This document shows, one piece after another, positions 13,952-29,555 of a stretch of 64,000 bases of DNA. Made by a program: the position numbers and the translations under genes. The stretch covers positions 28,582,001 through 28,646,000 of the forward strand of contig OX597840.1 in the NCBI GenBank assembly GCA_951406725.2, read 5' to 3'. The first letter of the stretch is position 1. Each line of letters starts with the position of its first letter. A model generated the notes under the pieces. That model saw only the letters and a program-made list of their open reading frames with translations, had not been told where the DNA came from and did no database searches. This stretch comes from Octopus vulgaris. Lineage: Eukaryota.

Positions 13952-14139
13952 TCTCTCTCTCCCCCTCTCTCTCACACACACACTTCTATCTTTTGCCCCT
14001 TCTCAACCTTTGCCCCTTTTCTAATTTCCGTCTCCCTTTCAAAACAGCAACATCTCCATATATTCATCTGCATGTAAGAAGAGGGTAGTGAGGTATGTTA
14101 TACATATATAGAATGCGAGTGAGATACATACAAGCGCGC

Positions 14140-14228
<89 letters not shown>

Positions 14229-14233
14229 AATAC

Positions 14234-14347
<114 letters not shown>

Positions 14348-14469
14348 ATTGAGAATGCACTCTTAACAGCTCCTACGCTTCTTAATATCAGTAACCACCT
14401 GTTCTTCCCTTCTTCCTGAGAAAACCCAGCAGGTGTATAGCCATGCATTTATACACGTTTATACATAAG

Positions 14470-14524
<55 letters not shown>

Positions 14525-15070
14525 GGCGCAGGAGTGCCTGTGTGGTAAGTAACTTGTTTACCGACCACATGGTTCCGGGTTCAGTCCAACTGCGTGGCAC
14601 CTTGGGCCGACCAAAACCTTGTCAGTGGATTTGGTAGACAGAAACTGAAAGAAGCTCGTCGTATATATGTATATGTATGTGTGTGTATGTGTTTGTGTGT
14701 CTGTGTTTGTCCCCCTAGCATTGCTTGACAACCGACGCTGGTGTGTTTATGTCCCCGTCGCTTAGCGGTTCGGCATAAGAGACCGATAGAATAAGTACTG
14801 GGCTTACAAAAGAATAAGTCCCTGGTTCGAGTTGCTCGACTAAAGGCGGCAAGGGACAAACACAGACACACAGACAGATACATATATATATATATATATA
14901 CATGTATATATACGACGGGCTTCTTTCAGTTTCCGTCTACCAAATCCACACCCTATCGGTTGGTCGGTCCAAGGCTATAGTTGAGGACACTTACCCAAGC
15001 TACCACGCTGTTGTAATGAACCAGGAACCATATGGTTGCGAGGCAAGCTTCTTACCACACAGCCACACCT
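14525..15070. mobile_element. Two SINE family A copies fused in inverted orientation
   Basis: A + copy at 14525-~14850 joins directly to a - copy at ~14853-15070; both lack the tail. Confidence 0.8.
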
Positions 15071-15130
15071 ATATCACTGAACTCAACACGTTATTTTTCG
15101 TTCTCTCTCTATTTATTTCTATTTATTCCT

Positions 15131-15165
15131 CTCTGTTGAAGAGCGTAGACTCGAAACGTCAAAGA
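15131..15165 (+). ncRNA. Minimal hammerhead-like motif (Penelope pLTR-type, degenerate)
   Basis: TTGAAGA-gcgtagactc-GAAACGTC; palindromic stem III (ACGT); U3.G8. Confidence 0.45.
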
Positions 15166-15335
15166 CTTTTCTATTTTTCTTGAGCGCCAAACTAATACAT
15201 GGAACGCCTTAACCATTTCTGATGAAAACAGTTTGAAAAGAAAAGTAATCTTGTAAAACACATACACACACATATATATATGTATATACATACAAGCATA
15301 CATACATTCATACACGGGCATGCTTACATACACAC

Positions 15336-15367
<32 letters not shown>

Positions 15368-15496
15368 GTACGATTATGTGTGTGTACATAAATATGTATA
15401 TATATGTATATATATATGTATATATATATTTATATATGTATATATATATATGTATGTATATATATATATGTGTGTGTATATATATATATATGTATG

Positions 15497-15545
<49 letters not shown>

Positions 15546-16167
15546 CTCTATGTAACTTGCTCACGTGATTTAGTTGCGTCTCGATATCTTTCTTAATACA
15601 TGCATGAGTATGTGTTCATATGTAAGTGTGTGTGTGGATGTTTGTGTGTGTTTGTGTGTGTGTGTGTATGTGTGTGCATGTGTGTATGCTTTCTCTAGAA
15701 CAACAACGCTATGAACTTGAATAAGGAACCGAAAACATGTATTTCCCGATGGAATGTAAAATATTCAGGAAGATGAAAGTAAACATGAGTAATATTTTAA
15801 GGGCCTCGAAGCTCCAGGTTTCTATTGATCACTATCATTATAAGAAAAGGTAGAGTACTAAGATACACACACACACACACACACACATGTATATGTATGT
15901 GCGTGTATTGTATAGTAAAACTGCACACTCTTCCTGGTAAAAAGTGGTAGGAATCAGCCATTATAAATAAACTAGTAATCGGTCGTCAAGGGAGGGTCAA
16001 GAGTCGAAGAGTTGAGATTCGACAGCTCAAGTCGGTGCCTCGTGAAGCTATCAGCGATAGTAGGACGGAAGAATTTAGTGTATTACAGCTCCGGCACGAA
16101 GTGATGCAACGGTATCCGATGACTTGTAACTATTGTGGTTACTAGGGTAAAACAGTGACTACAGTGA

Positions 16168-16590
16168 GGGCGCAATGGCCCAGTGGTTAGGGCAGCGGAC
16201 TCGCAGTCGGAGGATCGCGGTTTCGATTCCCAGACCGGGTGTTGGTGTTGTGTGTGTTTATTGAGCGAAAGCACCTAAAGCTCCACGAGGCTCCGGCAGG
16301 GGGTAGTGGCGACCCCTGTTGTACTCTTTCGCTCCAACTTTATCTCACTCTTTCTTCCTGTTTCTTGGTCCCGACTTCCTACGCAACCGCTGAGCCTGGA
16401 TGCGCATTCATCCATCCGTCGATGCTCTCGGTGTCGGGGGGTTGACCTGCTTTCTCTTCTGCGGGTCTTACGAATAGCAAAGGACCACGTTTCGGACTTC
16501 TCCCACTAGAGACAATCCTGAGGCGCGATCTTGCGAGCTCTGGGGGCAGAGACCCCTTCGCTCAACAAACAAACAAACAAACAAACAGCA
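16168..16590 (+). mobile_element. SINE family B with tail type 4
   Basis: Head ggcgcaatggcccagtggttagggcagcggactcgc...ggtttcgattcc, a unique tail, ending in (AAAC)n. Confidence 0.8.
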
Positions 16591-16957
16591 ACTACAGTAC
16601 AACGGCAGTTACCCACCACACCAGTGTGAGGAACCCACTCTACAACAATAAATACATCGATTAGTCATTGCGATTCTAATAACCTGGTGTAGAGCTCAAT
16701 ATGCGTATTCTTCTGAACGAAGTGTTAATCGAGTACAGAGCGGTAACAAAAATGAGATTACAAAGGAAAAAAACCAATTGTATAAAGAATGTTGTGGACT
16801 CATTGTTGAGCCCCTGATTAACACCTCGTAAATTCATCGTAGTTTCGAACATGCAATGCGTTCAACTATGAGTCCACTGCATCTCACAGCAGAAACAGCT
16901 GTAAGCTAATGAAGTTCTTAAGATAATCGTTTATTCCCTTCTCATCTCATTTTCTCA

Positions 16958-16993
<36 letters not shown>

Positions 16994-17000
16994 TGTATGT

Positions 17001-17039
<39 letters not shown>

Positions 17040-17277
17040 GATGGATGGATGGATGGATGGATGGATGGATGGATGGATTGAAATGGCTTATTGATGTGTT
17101 TTGTTCCTTTCTTACCTGACGAGATAATTGCATTGCTTTGAGATCATTTTTATTCGCTCCGGAATAATCTCAATGCCATTTTCGAAACATATGTTGGAAG
17201 TATAAATGATTTGAATGATACCTGAGTTTGTCTCCCTTTCTTAATTTATCTATATCTTCTGTTTTTCATTACTTCAA

Positions 17278-17485
<208 letters not shown>

Positions 17486-17721
17486 TAAATGCCTTACAAT
17501 CTGGATAAGCTGGGATTTTCAGGGGGTAAAAAAAATCAATTACTTCGCACATTCCAAATACAGTCTGTCAGTGGAACAGTGAAAATATACAAGACTTTTC
17601 TCAAGTGTTTTCCTTATTGACATTGCACCGATGGAGCTTTGTATCTTTGTTAAAGAGCAGCTCCTTCCTCAGAGGAAGAATTGAAGTAATGACAAACAGA
17701 CGATATACATACATACATACT

Positions 17722-18119
17722 CTCTTTACTCTTTACTCTTTTACTCTTTTACTTGTTTCAGTCATTTGACTGCGGCCATGCTGGAGCACCGCCTTTAATC
17801 GAGCAACTCGACCCCGGGACTTATTCTTTTGTAAGCCCAGTACTTATTCTATCGGTCTCTTTTGCCGAACCGCTAAGTAACGGGGACATAAACACACCAG
17901 CATCGGTTGTCAAGCAATGCTAGGGGGACAAACACAAACACACAAACACGCATATATATATATATATACGACGGGCTTCTTTCAGTTTCCGTCTACCAAA
18001 TCCACTCACAAGGCTTTGGTCGGCCCGGGGCTATAGTAGAAGACACCTGCCCAAGGTGCCACGCAGTGGGACGGAACCCGGAACTAACAAGCTACTTACC
18101 ACACAGCCACTCCTGCGCC
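17722..18119 (-). mobile_element. SINE family A
   Basis: Near-full copy with (ctctttta)n tail. Confidence 0.88.
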
Positions 18120-19184
18120 TATACATACATACATACATACATACATACATACATACATACATACATACATACATACATACATACATACATACATACATAC
18201 AGTGTGTTTATTAAAGATGTAATCGGAAGAGTGCGTAGGAAGTTAGATTATGGCAAAACTGGAAAGTAGGCGGGGTTAATTTTCGTTTAGAAAATTGCAA
18301 TGTAAAAAAACCATAAGTGACTGTATTTACATTTATAATAATTATTAAGCAATAAATTAAAAATAAACGGCCAAAATTTAAGGTTAATGCCAAGTAATTT
18401 CAGAAATATGTACAAGAAACAATATAGTATAAAACAAAATAAAAAGAGAGACGTAATAAACGGAGATAGTAATGTTTGTAATGGCTAAACGGATAGAGAT
18501 GAGGGGAAAAAAAGAGCGTTGGCGAAACTATATGTAGCCATATTTGATGTTATTTAATGAAAGATAGAATTTTGGAAATGTTAGTTGTAGGTGTCGGAAA
18601 ACATTAAAGATATCAATAGAGTTCAATGAGAATAATCGATAATGATTTGGAAAATGCATTTTTTTGTTTTGTTTTGGTTTTGTTTTTTGTTTGATTTTTG
18701 TTGTTTTTTGTAACGAACGCCGTTTACATCTTTGGAATGGTCGGTGAATTTTACGCTTGTTTTGTTGGTTTGGGTACAACTAACTTGAAGGAAGAGATAA
18801 GGATTACATGCAGTTTAGTGTTGTGAGAAAGTGTAAGTAGATTGCGATAAGCATCGTGTGTGTGTGTGAAAGAGAGAGAGGGAGTGTGTGAAAGAGAGAG
18901 AGAGAGTGTGTGTGTGTGTGTGTGTGTGTGTTGGAAAGAGAGAGAGAGAGTGTGTGTGTGTGTGTGTGTGAAAGAAAGAGAGTGTGTATGTGTGTGTGTG
19001 TATGTGTGTGAAAAAGAGAGAGAGAGTGTGTGTGTGAAAAAGAGAGAGGGAGAGAGTGTGTGTATGTGTGTGTGTGAAAGAGAGAGAGAGAGGGTGTGTG
19101 TGTGTGTGAAAGAGAGAGAGAGAGAGAGTGTGTGTGTGTGTGTGTGTGAAAGAGAGAGAGAGTGTGTGTGTGTGTGAAAGAGAG

Positions 19185-19229
<45 letters not shown>

Positions 19230-19281
19230 GAGAGAGAGAGAGAGTGTGTGTGTGTGTGTGTGAAAGAGAGAGAGGGAGAGA

Positions 19282-19315
<34 letters not shown>

Positions 19316-19700
19316 GAGAGAGAGAGAGAGAGAGAGAGTGGGGGGCGTGTGGTTTAGTGGTTAGGGTGTCATCATCATGATCGTAAGGTTGCGGTTTCGA
19401 TTCCTGGACCAAGCGATGCGTTGTGTTCTTAAGCAAAACACTTCATTTCATCTTACTCCTGTCTACTCAGCTAGTAAAAATGAATTATCCTGCGATGAAC
19501 CGGCGTCTCATCTCGAGTGGGTGGGAGGAATATGCGCCCCACGGAAACCGGAAAACTAGCCCTGTTAGTCTATTTGACTGAAGACGAATCATTAGCATTT
19601 GACTTTACCTTTCATCCTTTAGGGATCGATAAAATAAGTACCAGTAATCGACTCATCCTTCCCCCCCCCACCAAAAAAAAGTTACTGCCCTCGTGCCAAA

Positions 19701-19741
<41 letters not shown>

Positions 19742-19742
<1 letters not shown>

Positions 19743-20022
19743 GAGTGAGAGACGTCCATTGACACTGGGGTAAAATTGCCCAATATACCCATCATACTGT
19801 CTGATAAAGGTACACCAGGCACATGCATCACAAGTTGGCTCCAAGTCTCAGTCCAGAGACCAGGTTCAAGAGACAACAGATTGGAAGTTCGTATTGTTGT
19901 TATGCCTAGTGTGCAACATCAAACAATGACAAAAATCTGTGGTATTGAGCAGAATATTTGCTGTTTTACCAAGTGACATTATCAGTTAAGATTGTGAGAG
20001 CCACTGCCTGGTACTGCATGCA
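19742..20022 (-). mobile_element. TAA-flanked element X, internally deleted/chimeric copy
   Basis: Ends match 20954-21510; the middle carries motifs shared with the Dong 3'UTR; (TTA)n on both sides. Confidence 0.75.
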
Positions 20023-20062
<40 letters not shown>

Positions 20063-20064
<2 letters not shown>

Positions 20065-20932
20065 CGTTTGACTTTTGCTTTATGTCTGAAAGAGACAAAA
20101 AAGTTCGTAATGCCTAGTGTGCCATATATTTGGTTTTGTATTTAGTGTTGTACTAGTGAATGCCTGAAAGAAAAAAAAAAAATGTTTGTTTTAAAACTTG
20201 AGATTACATAGAAAATATTTTGCGTAGGATATGAGCAGTTCCCATGAGCACTATCTTTTGAATTTCTGCCATTTTGGGGTTTCCTGATATCTGAGTTAAG
20301 TAGCGATCAGCCCCTTTTGCTATCATTCCCAGGGCACCTATGACAACAGGTATTGTTTTAGTCTCCAGGTTCCACATTTTGCTGATTTCTATTTCAAGAT
20401 CTTTATATTTGCTCAGATTTTTGGTAGGTCTTGACATACGTTTATATCGATTGGGACATTCATATCAATGAGGAGGCATGTTCTTTGTTTGAAGTCTTTC
20501 AATATGATGTCTGGCCTATTTGCATCTATCTTTCTGTCAGTTTGAATGGGGAAGTTCCAGAGGAGTGAGATGTGGTCATTTTCAAGCACTGGGGGTGGTT
20601 TGTGTTCCCACCAGTTTTTTTCATGGGGCAAATCCAGGTTTTTGCAGGTTACCCAGTGAATATATTGTGCAGCTCTATCATGCCTGTTGAGATACTCTGT
20701 AGGCGCTAGAAGACTGCACTTGGAGACAACATGATCAATGGTTTCATTTTGTTGTTGACATACACGACATGTTGGGCTACTGCCGTTTTTTAATATGTTG
20801 GCCTGGTAGTTCCTTGTTGGTATGCATTGATCTTGAGCTGCTATGATAAACCCCTCTGTTTCAGATTTTAAGCCAGAGGCCATTAGCCATTGATAGGTCA
20901 GGGCTTTGTCAACATCTGCATTATTCGCTCTC
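20063..20932 (-). mobile_element. 5'-truncated Dong/R4-clade LINE (CCHC + restriction-like endonuclease, 3'UTR)
   Basis: LKSETEGFIIAAQDQ, CRVCQQQNETIDHVVSKC, RHD, NRPDIILKD...IDMNVP, then SKYKDL...IPVVIGALG after a frameshift near 20430; (TAA)n at both junctions. Confidence 0.9.
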
Positions 20933-20953
20933 TATTATTATTATTATTATTAT

Positions 20954-21508
20954 TGAGTGAGAGAGCAGTTCATGCCATCAAAGTGACACTGGGGTAAAAT
21001 ATACGAAGCCCAATATACCCATCATGACTACCCGTCTGATAAAGGTACACCAGGCACATGCATCACAACCATATGTGCGCGACATGGTAATCTCATATCA
21101 AGATAAACAGCACATGACCTTGCAGGTGGGGCCCAGTTAGAATTTTCTTCAGGTTGAGTAGCCCATCCCGCTCAAACGGTCCCTGAATAAGGGTTGTTTA
21201 AGGATGTTGAAAGAACCACCCATGTTTCCAGAGGTGAAGTATTCAAACCCCAAAGAATCCCTCTCAACACATGGCTATGATGCTCCCCCACTACTTCTGC
21301 TCGTAATCAGAGATGCACATATCGTCAGCCACTAAGGGACATGCTCAACTGGTTAAGGTCAAACAACTGACAAGCAAATCTGTGGTATTGAGCAGAATAT
21401 TTGCTGTAGCCCATCTTTTATACCAAGACAAAACAATGTACATGATAACACTTCCAATCAGTTAAGATCAGAAGCCATGAGAGCCACTGCCTGGTACTGC
21501 ATCAGGGC

Positions 21509-21510
<2 letters not shown>
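20954..21510 (-). mobile_element. TAA-flanked non-coding element X, full length (~557 bp)
   Basis: Homologous to 59343-59870 (+) and 34618-35072 (+); bounded by (TTA)n. Confidence 0.85.
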
Positions 21511-21567
<57 letters not shown>

Positions 21568-21568
<1 letters not shown>

Positions 21569-21785
21569 GCGGTGAGCTGGCAGAGTCGTAAGCACACGGG
21601 GCAACAATGCTTAGCTGTATTACATCCGTCTTTACGTTCTGAGTTCAAATTCTGTCGAGGTCGACTTCGCTTTCATCATTTTGGAGGGTCGATAAAATAA
21701 AGTAACAGTTCAACAGTGGGGTCGATACATTTGACTTACACCTCACCCCTAACATTGCCGGCATTGTGCCAAAATTTGAAACCAA
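21568..21785 (+). mobile_element. SINE family C
   Basis: agcggtgagctggcagag...gagttcaaattc...gtcgataaaataaagta. Confidence 0.8.
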
Positions 21786-22275
21786 TACGAAATAATATAC
21801 GTATTCCATCGGGGATTTCGGATTTCGAAGATTACGGGGTGGGGACGGGGTGGGGTAATGAAATATGTATAAGTGAGAAACAAGGGTTGAATTGAATCTC
21901 TGTCCCCTCTTTCTGGAAACGTGTAGTCATGTGATAAAGAGGTTTAAAAAATCAATAATTAATCATGTCTCGCGCTGTACTGTTTTTTCAATAATTATTT
22001 CGGTTTGTGTATTGTTTTTCACTGGAAGTCTCGTTTTTTAATCAACGGAAACTTCGTTAACGAACAAAGTGCTTTTAGTATTAAGCGCTGTCTACACATA
22101 CAAACGCACACACACGCACGCACACACACATACACACACACACATATATATATAGGTATATATATGTATGTATAAATATATGTTTATATGTATACTTCAG
22201 TGTACACTTAAGTATTTGTGTGTATGCATATGTATATGTAGGTGTGTCTGTGTGTGTATATATATATATATATAC

Positions 22276-22333
<58 letters not shown>

Positions 22334-22532
22334 GTGTGTATATATATGTATATATATGTATATATATATATATGTATATATATATATCTATGTATATGTA
22401 TGTATATATATGTATATATATATGTATATATATGTATATGTATGTATATATATGTATATATATGTATATGTATGCATATGTATATGTGTGTGTGTTTGTG
22501 TGTGTGTATATATATATGTATATATATATATG

Positions 22533-22582
<50 letters not shown>

Positions 22583-22665
22583 ATGTATATGTATGTATAT
22601 ATATATGTATATATGTATATCTATCTATCTATCCATATATATATATACATATATATCTATATCTA

Positions 22666-22709
<44 letters not shown>

Positions 22710-23169
22710 TACACGTATGTATATATGTATATGTATGTATTTATAAAACACGAGAGGTACAAGTTTTGACAAATACATTAGTCTTACGCGCGTGTTGTAT
22801 GTATGTAAAGTAGACAGACAGACGGGGAGGCAGAGATGATTAACTGAAGATTGCTTTCAGTGAAGCCGTCTGATTGGTGAGCTCCGTTGATTAAGGTCGC
22901 CAGGAATGTGTTGCGTTCGACAAATACCGGGCGATCTAGCCTAAATCCCTTATATACACATGCACACACACACACATGATCAAAACATACTTAATTACTA
23001 TGAAACGTAAATGTATACACATGTAAACATATATATACATGTGTGTGCGTATATATATATATATGGATACATATATATATATGTATGTATGTATATGTAT
23101 GTATCTATATATATATAGATAGATAGATAGATACATAGATACATAGATAGATAGATATATACGTATATG

Positions 23170-23237
<68 letters not shown>

Positions 23238-24146
23238 CATATATATATAAAAGTAGGTGAATGAATTATCCTATGTTTATCGTCAGCATGGAAAATTCGT
23301 TTAACCGAAACGTGGGTAGCAAATTCACGTCAGAAAACGCGGTTGAAGCGACCTGCCAAGGGTAGAAACTCCTGTTTCTTGTGTAGAAATGTGTGTGTTA
23401 TATATGAATGAATGAAAGAATGGAGTCGAACGAAGTTGGAGTTTAAACGAAGAATGGAGTTTAACAAAATTCCTTTACTCTCGACATATGTTTCGAAGAC
23501 AGCATATTTTTATTCCGAAGGAATAAAAGGTACATTATGCAATATTCTCATCAGGAAAGATAAGGAGCCTCTCTCAACCACAAGACGAACAAAAATTTCG
23601 ATGATTGCCTACATGGTGATCACAATATTGTTGGTATTATGCAAAAGTGTCGTAAGTCCAAAACGTTGGTTTTTGTAGAAAACGAAGAAATAGTTTCACC
23701 ATTCCAGTTCTTTTTACATTAGCAACAGATTCAGCCTAACAATAATACTTTGTTGGGTGCATAAAATCCTAACTCCATTGCTTGTATAGATATTTTCTGT
23801 CAGAAATATTTTTGCTAAACTGTCATATGAGTGACTTAATACATATATACTTTGAAAAACGCTAAACTGTTCAACTACACTTTGACAATTTTTGATATCT
23901 TGGCATCTGAAGCAGCTAGAGATTCGATAGTCTGACGAAAAGAACTGGTTGTTGCAAACAAAAATAAATATTGAAAAAAAAAAAAAACGCATTTGGCTAA
24001 ATTTGGACATACGACAGTTTGACATATGTATACGTATGTGCGTGTATGTATATGTATATGTATGTATATGTATGTATATCTGTACATATATATATATATA
24101 TGTGTGTGTGTATGTATTTATTTGTGTATGTATGTATATGTGTATG

Positions 24147-24215
<69 letters not shown>

Positions 24216-24870
24216 TGTGCGTACATATGTATGTATGTGTGCACGTGTGTGCGTATATGTATGTATAGTTTTTTTTTTAGATATATTTTTATACTACGAA
24301 CTTAAGGTTTTTGTCTACCAAATCGACTCACAAGGCTTTGGCTATAGCTGAAGACACTTGCCCAAGGTGCCACGCAGTGGGACTGAACCCGGAACCATGT
24401 GGTTCGTAAGCAAGCTACTTACCACACGCCCACGCCTGCGCCCACATGCATTCATTGTTGACTACCAATCTCCAGCAAAATAGCCTTACCCTGAAATACA
24501 CATACATGTGCAAATACATGGTCAGTCTTTGAGATACTCAGCCACTCATGTGTTTATTTAGTGACCAGTTTGTTCACTTGAACAAATAACTAAATACTCA
24601 TCGTCGTAACAGCCGGAGAGCCATTCACTTTTTTTTATTTCTTGTGTGTACGATAAGCATATATAAAAGAAATGGCTCTATTTGGAATACACAAAGAGAG
24701 CGCAAACGCCATCTTTAATACCAAACATATGGTATTTTTACAAGAATTTTTCCCCACCCAAGACTGGAATCCCTGGAAGATATTTAGAATTAATTGAGGC
24801 TTCGGAATTATCACATATTATCAACGAGCTCGGTCTGTTCTATAAAGTGTGTCTGTGAAAACGACTTAAA

Positions 24871-25020
24871 ATGGATTTTAAGTCGTTTAGATGTCTCCGT
24901 GTTGAGGAGATCCGGATGGATGAAATCGCGTACGCTGACGATTTGGTCCTGGTCGCTGGGTCGCGCGATAGTCTCCAGGTTCTTCGGGATAGACGCCTGC
25001 AGTTCTATCGCTCAGTCAAT
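24871..25020 (+). pseudogene. Non-LTR reverse transcriptase fragment
   Basis: EIAYADDLVLVAGSRDSLQ (YADD catalytic motif); isolated, with no flanking ORF. Confidence 0.7.
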
Positions 25021-25105
25021 GACTGTGTGTGTAAATGTATGTCTGTAAAAATGTGTTTGCACGTGCAAATTAAACTATTTAATTACATATGTACATATGT
25101 ATATA

Positions 25106-25888
<783 letters not shown>

Positions 25889-25998
25889 AGTGCGTATGTG
25901 CGTGTATGTGAGTTCGCGCCCGTGTGTATGTATGTATATATATATGGATTTATGTATATACGTATATGAATAAACAATATATACATTTTCTATTGCAG

Positions 25999-26072
25999 TT
26001 CGGCCCATAACTCTGTATATATATATCACAATCAAGACAAAGATAAACCTGCGAAAATTCCAAATCCACAAG
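25999..26072 (+). CDS. IP3 receptor-like, coding exon a (first found)
   Basis: ttgcag|...|gtaagt; phase 2 to phase 1; SAHNSVYIYHNQDKDKPAKIPNPQ; joins the next exon in frame. Confidence 0.8.
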
Positions 26073-26686
26073 GTAAGTGCTTCTTTGGATTAACTATGTT
26101 ATAATTATCAGATTAACCAAGTATGAATTATCCCGGGTACGCCTTCTATCCCGGGTACGCCTTGATCGAGCAAAAATGAATGGTCCTGCGATGGGCGCGA
26201 ATATATATGTCAGAGCAACTGTGAAACCGAACTTTTGATACTATATACTTTAGTATGTGTGTGTGTGTATATCTACACACACACATACATATATATATAT
26301 ATATTTATATTTTCATTAAGTCAATTTATATTTTCATTAAGTCATTAAGTTTTAGCACCAAAACAAACATTGCTAATGAGTCGGTTATTTCCAGTAATAG
26401 AAACCTACTAAGCTAAGATAGAATTTGTAAGAAAAGATTCACTCAATCAAAGATCAGTTAAAAAATTAACACCATAATAATAACAAGCAGAGAAAAGTTT
26501 ATATTTTATAATGGACAAGGAGACATATATATATATATGTATGTATATGTATATATTTATTTTGGGGAGATGTACTTGCATAGCAAGTGATCTGATCTGT
26601 GCTGAAACGAAAACAATTGCAGCGTGGAAGGTGTTTATAAGCCGTTTAAATAAACACACAAAAGCCGCTAGATTCACTTCATCATT

Positions 26687-26810
<124 letters not shown>

Positions 26811-26837
26811 TATATACATATATACACATATATATAC

Positions 26838-26868
<31 letters not shown>

Positions 26869-26990
26869 CACTCATATGTATATATGTATAAATACTTACA
26901 TATGTATGCTTGAATATATATATGTATATGTATATTTATATATATATGCACACACACATATATATATATATATGTATATATGTATATATG

Positions 26991-27066
<76 letters not shown>

Positions 27067-27468
27067 CATACGTATATATATAGACACACACATACATATA
27101 CATACACACTTATGTATATATATTCTGTTGTTGAATTAATTGGATTTGAAACCTCCCGTCTACACAATATTCCTCGGTAGAACTTGAAGACGATGTGATG
27201 GACACTTCCGTTATGGAAACTGAACGAACGGCATGTAATGTTTATAAAGACTTGATATATATTTAGAAGTTCTTCACGGTTCATCTGTCAGATGTTGTTG
27301 GAATCTTCGCCCTGACGTTTAATTTCTAATTGCTTCTGAGGGCAGCGGGACATTAAAGACTTCCGTGAATGTACAGCTGTATGCGGGTGTATATGTAATA
27401 CACACATATACATGTTCATGTATGTACATATACACACTCACACACATATATTTATATATATGTATGCA

Positions 27469-27539
<71 letters not shown>

Positions 27540-27627
27540 GTGTCTGTGTTTGTGTGTATATGTATATATTTACACATATATAAATATAAATATACATATA
27601 TATATATAGACACATATATATATACGT

Positions 27628-27688
<61 letters not shown>

Positions 27689-27746
27689 TATACATATCTA
27701 TATAAATATGTATATATATACACATATGTAAATATACATATATATG

Positions 27747-27779
<33 letters not shown>

Positions 27780-27915
27780 GGAGAGAGAGAGATAGATAGA
27801 GAGAGAGATTGAGAGAGAGAGAGATAAATAGATAGAGAGAGAGAGATTGAGAGATAGAGGGATAGATAGTTAGAGAGAGATAGATAGAGAGAGAGATTGA
27901 GAGAGAGAGAGATAA

Positions 27916-27973
<58 letters not shown>

Positions 27974-28536
27974 GGGGAGCATAATGTTCGTATTCTGAGC
28001 ATTTTCATCCAATATACCCACCCCCGGTGCATCCAGACCCACCCCTACAGCCCTGACTCAATCTGTTTGTCATCACCAATCTGAGAACATTTAACTCCAT
28101 CTCTGACCCCGGCGATGATTAACCTTCTTATCTCCCTTTTTCCTCTCCCTTCTCTTCGGGTGTGGCTTTCCGCCATGTCGCACACACTTCTCTCAGCATC
28201 TCTTTAATCTGTTGCTGGTTTTATTGTTGCTGTTGTTTCTGTTGCTGTTGTAGTACTGTAATTGCTCATTAGCGTTGAAATAAATTGTGTCATTGTAACA
28301 ACAACAACAACAACGATAACGACGTTAATCATAACAACAACAACAACAACACGAACGAGAAGTAGAGCAACGTGACTGTGATAGTAACGGGAGGAGCAGC
28401 AAGAGGAAGAAGAGGAAATGAAACTTTATTAGCAACGATCTAGAGGCTTGCTTCCCAACCACAAGGTCTTCGGTTCAGTCCCACTGCGTGGCACCTAGGA
28501 TAAGTGTCTTCTACTATGGAAGCACTCCGTCGGTTA

Positions 28537-28572
<36 letters not shown>

Positions 28573-28580
28573 TGTATGTA

Positions 28581-28629
<49 letters not shown>

Positions 28630-28993
28630 ACATATATAGGCACAAGAGTGGCTGTGTGGTAAGTAGTTTGTTTCCCAACCACAAGGTCTTCGGTTCAGTC
28701 CCACTGCATAGCACCTTGGACAAGTGTCTTCTACTATAGCCTCGGGCCGACCAAAGCCTTGTGAGTGGATTTGGTAGATGGAAACTGAAAGAAGCCCGTC
28801 GTATATATGTATAATAAAATACAATAATTTGGTACGCGAAGCGTTCTTCAGCAGGTACACCTTAGATTAAATATATATACACGAGGCAATCCAGTATATG
28901 CCCCAGTATGTCCAGTATATGTCCAGTATATGTCAATTTCTAATATTTCAGATTACCCTTTGATATTATTAATTATATATATATATATATGTA

Positions 28994-29038
<45 letters not shown>

Positions 29039-29049
29039 TATATAGAAGG

Positions 29050-29100
29050 AGCTTCTACAGGACTAGTACTGTTTCATTCAAGAGAAATCTTCAGGAAGCT
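29050..29100 (-). ncRNA. Type I hammerhead ribozyme-like motif
   Basis: Inverted twin of 32669-32719. Confidence 0.6.
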
Positions 29101-29510
29101 ATTTAACAAGAATTGTATTAGCATTTATACATTTAGAGGAGTGGTGGTGGGGGACTTTTTGGGGGTAGGCATAGCGCAAAATATCATACTTGGGGGAGTG
29201 GTCAAGGTAATAAAAAAATAAAAAAATAAAAAATAAAAAATAAAAAAATAAAAGGATAAAATAAAAGAATAAAAATAAAAAATATAAAAAATATAAAAAA
29301 TATAAAAAATATAAAAAATATAAAAAATATATATAAAAAAATATATATAAAAAAATATATAAAAAAAAATATATATATAAAATATATATATAAAATATAT
29401 ATATAAAAAAAAGGGGGGATAGAGTTATAGGTAAATAAGGAGATTCTCACTTATACCTATACACACATGTATACGTATCTACACACACATACGCACATAC
29501 ACATATATCT

Positions 29511-29555
<45 letters not shown>

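Noticed and set aside
17116-17221. Minus-strand exon-like segment (ctcag...AG|gtaag)
   Set aside because: It is similar to 23480-23570 (acatatgtttcgaa...attccg.ag.gaataaaa), so likely a dispersed repeat; no partner exons were found.
28825-28870. Additional hammerhead-like cores (also ~22844, ~57400-57425, ~63380-63455)
   Set aside because: A core is present but GAAA or stems are missing or too degenerate to support a call.
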